A stretch of 42,047 bases of DNA from a virus. Its lineage: Duplodnaviria > Heunggongvirae > Uroviricota > Caudoviricetes. The notes beneath the pieces are model-generated. The model did not search any database, was not told the origin of the DNA, and saw only the letters and a list, made by a program, of their open reading frames with translations. Of the stretch, positions 36,166-42,047 are shown piece after piece (the first letter of the stretch is position 1; each line of letters opens with the position of its first letter). Location: IMG/VR virus record IMGVR_UViG_2660238591_000003. One strand, 5' to 3'. The position numbers were made by a program, and so were the translations under genes.

Positions 36166-36303
36166 CGAAAACCCCGCGCAAGGCGAGATTCACGTCCGGT
36201 GCCACCGACCAAAGTTACACCGGAATTTATACCAAACCAAAAAACATCCAATGGGCGCTATCTCTGGCCCGGGGATTCTAACACTCAAAAAAGAGGATCT
36301 CAC

Positions 36304-39213
36304 ATGGAATTTTTCCATCTGATAAAAGCCAGTCAGAAGTCTGGCAAGAAAGATGCAGTGATTTGGTTCACTGCGAAAAGTGTAGCGCGCGCCAATCTCC
36401 AACTCGATGTGGCACTGGAAGAAGCCGGAATTGAAGAAACTGGCCGCGGTAAAGATTATGCCAAACCAATCCGCACCGATTTCCCGGTATATGACGACCT
36501 GCCGGAAGAAGGCGCAGTGGATTACACCTGGTGCAAACGCTACGAACTGCAGAACGATGACCGCACCTGGATGCCAAAAGTCACAGCTGAAAACTCTGAC
36601 GAGAAAACGGCTCAGACCGTTGATAGTCACATAACTACTGAGTCAACGCTGCCAGAAACCGCTGGCATCACGCTGGACGAACACGACGACGACTCAACCC
36701 TCTACCCGGTAGTGCAGATGCCGTTTCGTAAGCAACTGCTTTCCCAGTTCACCGCCGACGAACTGCGCCACCACGTAACCCGCGAAGAGTACGAAGCTAT
36801 CGGCGCGCTGGAGATGGACACTGATAACAGTTACGTCCAGAACTTGCTGTTAGCTGCTGAGAACTGCCCGGACGTGAAGGGTTACGACACCAAAGACCTG
36901 TGGCGCTACACCGATGCCATTCGCAAAGTGTTCAGCCAGGACAAGCGTCACGAACTCGCGCTGGTACTCCGTTTCACCAGAATGTGGGCGGCGACTGATT
37001 ACATTGACCGTGGCATCCTGGCGCGTGAATGGGCTGCCGGTAATCACATCAGTAGTGTTCAGCGTACTGATTCCGGAACCAATGCCAACGGCGGTTACGT
37101 CACTGACCGTGGACCTGATGCATACCATACCCTTGACACTCTCGATTTAGAGATTGCATGTGCCCTTCTGCCTATGGACTTCAACCACTTCGAGATCCCG
37201 GGCAGCATTCTTCGTCGCGCTAAAGAAATCGTGACCAAAAAAGAAGAACCGTGGAAATCATGGAGCAGCATTCTGCGCAATCAACCCGGCGTTCTTGGCG
37301 TTAACCGCACAGCTATTTTTAACCTGATACGTATCGCGCCGGAAAATATTCATCTAACTCCTGTCGCTCACCTGGAGTTTGTTAACCGGACCATGACTGC
37401 TGCGTTTAATGCTGCTGTTGAGTTATTGCCATTGCATGAAGCTGAGCCCGCAACACAGGAAATTCCCCAACCTGAAAGTAAGGAGTCTCCACGCAAACCC
37501 TTCTGCACTCACGAAGAGAACCTGCAACGCGTACGTGAAGAAGAAGCACGCCGCCGCGCAGAGGAAGCGACAGCACAACCACATAAAGCCGAACAAGAAC
37601 TGGTTAAAAATGTCGGCAACGGAATATTCGATGTTACGGCTTTACTGCAGAACTCAGCAACTCATGGCACGAAACAGGCTACGGAAACCACCAGCAATGT
37701 GCAGGTTCAAGAAACTGTCAGTGATGAAAAAAATGTTGGTAATGAAATGCAGTCAGGCGAAAGCAGTCTGGAAACTGGTGAAGAGTCACATCCCGGCCAG
37801 CAGGCCGATGTAAACCAAAATACGGAATCTGTCGCTCAAAATAGCGATTCTGTAAACCAGACTGAACCAGTTTTGGCACACGTCGAGCCAGAGGCGCAAT
37901 CTGACGAACAAGCTGTTTTTTACCCCGATTACTTCGAGCCTGGGCGCTATGAAGGTCTGCCGAACGAGGTTTACCACGCTGCCAACGGCATCAGTTCCAC
38001 CCAGGTAAAAGATGCGCGCGTTTCGCTGATGTACTTCAATGCGCGCCACGTTGAGAAAACCATCGTCAAAGAGCGCTCCTCAGTGCTGGACATGGGAAAC
38101 CTGGTACATGCGCTGGCGTTGCAGCCAGAACAGCTCGATGAAGAATTTAGCGTTGAACCCGTAATTCCGGAAGGTGCATTTACCACCACGGCAACGATCC
38201 GCGCGTTTATTGATGAGTACAACGCCAGCCTGCCAGCGCAACTGAGCGCAGACGATATCAAAGCTTTGCTGGATGAATACAACGCCACCCTGCCAGCGCT
38301 GGTGCCGCTGGGCGCTAGCCTGGATGAAACGGCGCAGAACTATATGGCGCTGCCAGCTGAATTCCAACGTATCGATGCAGATCAGAAGAAGACAGCAACA
38401 GCAATGAAGGCGTGCATCAAAGAGTACAACGCCACCCTGCCAGCGCAGATTAAAACCAGCGGCAGCCGCGACGCACTACTCGAACAACTTGCGATTATCA
38501 ATCCTGACCTGGTCGCGCAGGAAGCTCAGAAGCTGCAACCGCTGAAAGTCTCTGGCACGAAGGCCGATCTGATTCAGGCCGTGAAGGCAGTCAAACCAGA
38601 TGCAGTGTTCGCCGACGAGCTGCTCGATGCGTGGCGCAACAACCCGGAAGGGAAAGTGCTGGTTACCCACCAGCAACTTGCCACCGCGCAGGCAATTCAG
38701 TCAGCACTGCTCTCGCACCCGACCGCAGGCATGCTGCTAACCCACCCGAGCCGCGCCGTTGAGGTGAGCTACTTTGGCTTTGACGAGGAGACGGGACTGG
38801 AAGTTCGTGTGCGCCCTGACCTTGAGATCGACCTAGACGGCGTGCGTATCGGTGCTGACCTGAAAACCATCAGCATGTGGAATGTTAAGCAGGAAAGCCT
38901 GCGCGCCAGGCTACACCGGGAAATTATTGAACGTGATTATCACCTGAGCGCGGCTATGTACTGCGAAACCGCAGCGCTGGATCAGTTCTTCTGGATTTTC
39001 GTCAACAAAGACGAGAACTACCACTGGATCGCCATCATCGAGGCATCCGCTGAACTACTGGAGCTGGGTATGCTCGAGTACCGCAAAGCGATGCGCAATA
39101 TCGCAACCGGATTCGACACAGGTGAATGGCCAGCGCCAATCACTGCTGACTACACCGACGAACTGAACGACTTCGACCTGCGCCGCCTTGAAGCGCTGCG
39201 TACTCAGGCATAA
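36304..39213 (+). CDS. recE: RecE-like exonuclease (C-terminal PD-(D/E)xK nuclease domain with long N-terminal extension)
   Basis: ATG at 36304 with AAGAGGA upstream. C-terminal motif VRPDLEIDLDGVRIGADLKT. Immediately followed by a RecT-like gene. Internal triplicated EYNA(S/T)LPA repeat. Confidence 0.7.
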   Translation: MEFFHLIKASQKSGKKDAVIWFTAKSVARANLQLDVALEEAGIEETGRGKDYAKPIRTDFPVYDDLPEEGAVDYTWCKRYELQNDDRTWMPKVTAENSDEKTAQTVDSHITTESTLPETAGITLDEHDDDSTLYPVVQMPFRKQLLSQFTADELRHHVTREEYEAIGALEMDTDNSYVQNLLLAAENCPDVKGYDTKDLWRYTDAIRKVFSQDKRHELALVLRFTRMWAATDYIDRGILAREWAAGNHISSVQRTDSGTNANGGYVTDRGPDAYHTLDTLDLEIACALLPMDFNHFEIPGSILRRAKEIVTKKEEPWKSWSSILRNQPGVLGVNRTAIFNLIRIAPENIHLTPVAHLEFVNRTMTAAFNAAVELLPLHEAEPATQEIPQPESKESPRKPFCTHEENLQRVREEEARRRAEEATAQPHKAEQELVKNVGNGIFDVTALLQNSATHGTKQATETTSNVQVQETVSDEKNVGNEMQSGESSLETGEESHPGQQADVNQNTESVAQNSDSVNQTEPVLAHVEPEAQSDEQAVFYPDYFEPGRYEGLPNEVYHAANGISSTQVKDARVSLMYFNARHVEKTIVKERSSVLDMGNLVHALALQPEQLDEEFSVEPVIPEGAFTTTATIRAFIDEYNASLPAQLSADDIKALLDEYNATLPALVPLGASLDETAQNYMALPAEFQRIDADQKKTATAMKACIKEYNATLPAQIKTSGSRDALLEQLAIINPDLVAQEAQKLQPLKVSGTKADLIQAVKAVKPDAVFADELLDAWRNNPEGKVLVTHQQLATAQAIQSALLSHPTAGMLLTHPSRAVEVSYFGFDEETGLEVRVRPDLEIDLDGVRIGADLKTISMWNVKQESLRARLHREIIERDYHLSAAMYCETAALDQFFWIFVNKDENYHWIAIIEASAELLELGMLEYRKAMRNIATGFDTGEWPAPITADYTDELNDFDLRRLEALRTQA

Positions 39214-39218
39214 GGGGA

Positions 39219-40337
39219 ATGATGATGGAAAACACGAATATCGTAACCGCTGAACAGCAGACTCCAAACACGATCTCAGCCAGCAATGCCATTTTCAACG
39301 TGCAGGCTTTAACCCAGCTTCAGTCTGTCGCCGGGTTGATGGCACAGGCAGCCGTAACGGTGCCTGAGCACCTCCGCGGCAATCCGGCAGACTGCATGGC
39401 CATCATCATGCAGGCGATGCAGTGGGGTATGAACCCTTACGCCGTGGCGCAAAAGACGCACCTGGTTAACGGTGTCCTGGGATACGAAGCGCAACTGGTT
39501 AATGCGGTGATCTCCAGCTCAAACGCCATCGTTGGCCGCTTTCACTATGAGTACGAGGGCGACTGGTCGAAATGTGCCAGCAGCCGCGAGATAACCGTTA
39601 AAAAGCCTGCGAAAGGTGGCGGGACGTACGACAAGAAAGAAATGGTACGCGGTTGGGAAAGTGCTGATGAACAAGGACTGTCGGTACGGGTAGGTGCCGT
39701 TATTCGCGGTGAAAGTGATATCACCTGGGGAGAGCCTGTTTTCCTCTCCAGCGTAATCACACGTAATTCTCCACTTTGGGTATCAAACCCGAAACAGCAG
39801 ATCGCTTATCTGGCACTCAAATACTGGGCGCGCCTGTATTGCCCTGCAGTTGTTCTTGGTGTGTACACCCCTGATGAGATTGAACAGCGCACAGAAAAAG
39901 AGATCAACCCAACGCCGCAACGCGTTAGCCTGGCTGATATCTCAGGTGACACCGTCACAACCACGCAAAGCGCACAGGAATCGTCGGTAAATGTCGACTC
40001 TCTTGCCGATGATTTCCGCGAACGCATCGAATCTGCTCAGGACGTGGATAGCGCCAAATCGCTGCGTGCCGACATTGAAACGGCGAAAGCTACGCTGGGA
40101 TCCGCACTATTCACCGAGCTGAAAAACAAAGCCGTAAAGCGTTATTACCTAGTGGATGCACGCAACAAGGTTGAGGAGGCTATTAAATCCCTGCCCCAGC
40201 CCGACGAGCCGCATGCATCCGAACGGTTCGCTGAAGCCGAGCGCATGCTTGCATCTTCAAAGCGTCACTTAGGCGATGAACTGCACGATCAATTCAGCAT
40301 CACCCTGGCGGATATGAAACCGGAATACGTGGCCTGA
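39219..40337 (+). CDS. recT: RecT/Red-beta family single-strand annealing protein
   Basis: 372 aa. Segment MQAMQWGMNPYAVAQKTHLVNGVLGYEAQ parallels the Red-beta/RecT core. Position directly after the exonuclease gene. Confidence 0.7.
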   Translation: MMMENTNIVTAEQQTPNTISASNAIFNVQALTQLQSVAGLMAQAAVTVPEHLRGNPADCMAIIMQAMQWGMNPYAVAQKTHLVNGVLGYEAQLVNAVISSSNAIVGRFHYEYEGDWSKCASSREITVKKPAKGGGTYDKKEMVRGWESADEQGLSVRVGAVIRGESDITWGEPVFLSSVITRNSPLWVSNPKQQIAYLALKYWARLYCPAVVLGVYTPDEIEQRTEKEINPTPQRVSLADISGDTVTTTQSAQESSVNVDSLADDFRERIESAQDVDSAKSLRADIETAKATLGSALFTELKNKAVKRYYLVDARNKVEEAIKSLPQPDEPHASERFAEAERMLASSKRHLGDELHDQFSITLADMKPEYVA

Positions 40338-40375
40338 CGAGACCGGGAGGGGTAACCCTCCCTCAAGGAGATTAT

Positions 40376-40618
40376 ATGCGACTGATCAATCGAGGAAGTA
40401 AGCAATCACCTTTAGCTCGCCAAGCATGCGACATCGCGCTGGCAGCTCACTTGCAAACATATGGCGACTATGGGCGAAGCAAGATGAAAGAGACTTATAC
40501 GGTGAAGGTTGAAGGCGTGAAAGTCTGGGTGGAGGTGGTGAACCGAAAGGCGAGCTACGTGGCCACAGCGATGACCGGCATGCGCCGTCTCCGCTCCCTG
40601 CCCGGGCAGGTTGGTTGA
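40376..40618 (+). CDS. hypothetical small protein (between recT and xis)
   Basis: 80 aa; AAGGAG RBS. Confidence 0.5.
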   Translation: MRLINRGSKQSPLARQACDIALAAHLQTYGDYGRSKMKETYTVKVEGVKVWVEVVNRKASYVATAMTGMRRLRSLPGQVG

Positions 40619-40659
40619 AAAAGATTTTGAATGGCCCGAACGGGCAACTGGAGAGAGCT

Positions 40660-40857
40660 ATGGATGATATTTTGGTAACGTCAGACCTGACCAGTCGCTA
40701 CAAAATTTCACGCAAAACCCTTTGGTCATGGCAAAGTGCAGACACAATGCCTCGGGGCTTCGTATGCCCGTTCCCACCCCCTGACTGGCCCGGCAACCCT
40801 AACCGCTGGCGCTCTGAGTCAATCAAAGAGTGGGAGGATAAAAAGAAGATAAATTAA
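40660..40857 (+). CDS. xis: excisionase-like DNA-binding protein
   Basis: 65 aa beginning [26 protein letters not shown]; GGAGAGAG RBS. Convergent with and overlapping the integrase 3' end. Confidence 0.7.
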
Positions 40858-42047
40858 CTGAAGGGCTCTCCGATGATCTCTTCAAGATGGCTCTGCCAAA
40901 CGCGGAGCCAGTGTTTCTGATCATCGATATAGTCATGAAGGTTGTAATGCGCCATAACCCCCACCATCTGATGCCCGAGCAGCTTTTCAATTACGTGCGG
41001 CGGGCAACCTAACTCAGAGAGATTTGTGGCTATCGTCCGCCTCATATCATGAAGCGACCACTCTGCCATACCTGTTCCATTCCAAATAGAACGGGCGTAA
41101 TTGGATGCCACAGGTGAATGAACGGGCGAATCTTTGATCCCGCCATCAATTTTACGTTGTGAAGTCACCAGGTGATTGGTGTTTATTTTCTTGAGGTGAT
41201 TTCTGACCAGGTTAACGGCGGCGTCTGAGAGTCCCCTTCTAATATGTACCCGAGTTTTATAACTGCCCGCAGGCACGACCCACTCATTATCATCCAATCG
41301 AAACCATGATCTCTCACTAAGTCGAATCTCAGCCGTACGGCATCCGGTAAGCATAATAAATTTCACCAGGAAAACGGACTCTATCGACATATGGCTTTTC
41401 AACCACTGATAGATTTTGCGCAGATCGTCATCGTCCATCCTGCGAGTTCTCTTTTTAGGCTTTTGCCCGACATCAGATGGCAGTAATCCCTCGAGTGGGT
41501 TTGAGGCGATCACACTTCTGTTAACGCAGAACCTAAAGGCCCGTTTGCACAGCGAAAGCATGTAATGAGCCATCACCCTGCTTTCTATAGAATCGAAGAC
41601 GTTGATCCAGTGCATTTTCGCTGTGTTATCGACTTTGACATTCTTCATCGGTTCGGCGATATGTTTCTCAAACACCTGGCGATAGTAATCGACTTTAACT
41701 AGCCCGTTAGCGATACAGTGCCTTTCAATCCAGTAATTGAACGCTTCGGCAACGGACATCGCTTCCTGTCGGGTCTGCTTATCCAGCTTCACCTGCTCTC
41801 GCGGATCCAGTCCCTCAGTTAACCAGTTTCTGAATTGTTGGCGACGCTCTCTTGCCTGGGTGATACTCATTGCAGGATAATCACCAACATTGAGTTTTAC
41901 CGCTTTACCGGCCCAGCGATACCGATAGAAAAATGATATTTTTCCGGCCTGGCTGATTCTGGCGTTGAGCCCGTGCGAATCAGAAATAATCTCGATATCA
42001 TCTCTTTTCTTGCCGAGCGCCTTCCTGAGCTTTGTGTCGGTGATCAT
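40854..42047 (-). CDS. int: tyrosine integrase (P4-type)
   Basis: 397 aa; ATG at the window edge (42045-42047). C-terminal catalytic region with R...HxxR...Y spacing ([25 protein letters not shown]). Confidence 0.9.

Larger units (their letters stand above)
1..42047. mobile_element. prophage (partial; lambdoid/Rac-like regulatory region with a myovirus-type tail); both att ends outside window
   Basis: Uninterrupted run of phage modules across the window: integrase at the right edge, invertase at the left edge. Mosaic of core genes and AT-rich inserts. Confidence 0.9.

Noticed and set aside
36190-36630. 146-aa - strand ORF
   Set aside because: Overlaps the recE-like start region on the opposite strand; no RBS; recE context is preferred.
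1-42047. CRISPR arrays, tRNA or rRNA genes
   Set aside because: No regularly spaced direct repeats and no tRNA-like cloverleaf found, including in the Q-holin interval where lambdoid phages often carry tRNAs.

Overview
The whole window lies inside one temperate-phage (prophage) genome of an enterobacterial host; both prophage ends lie outside the window. The best candidate for an undescribed system is an AT-rich two-gene cassette (34521..35330) co-transcribed downstream of the cI-like repressor, in the slot lambda uses for rexAB; further AT-rich cargo genes sit in the early region (28824..29387, 30088..30468) and inside the baseplate operon (5979..6719). Gene order from right to left: P4-type integrase and excisionase, a RecE/RecT recombination module, a short cI-like repressor divergent from a Cro/YdaS-like gene, YdaT-like gene, replication protein O with lambda-type ori iterons, a DinI-like gene behind a LexA box, RusA, antiterminator Q, a phage-21-like lysis cassette, terminase, head genes, a contractile tail with a -1 frameshifted chaperone, baseplate, and a tail fibre ending in a roughly 2 kb invertible segment beside a Pin/Gin/Hin-type invertase. 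All calls are from reading the sequence and the six-frame track; no database search was run, so family names rest on recalled motifs.
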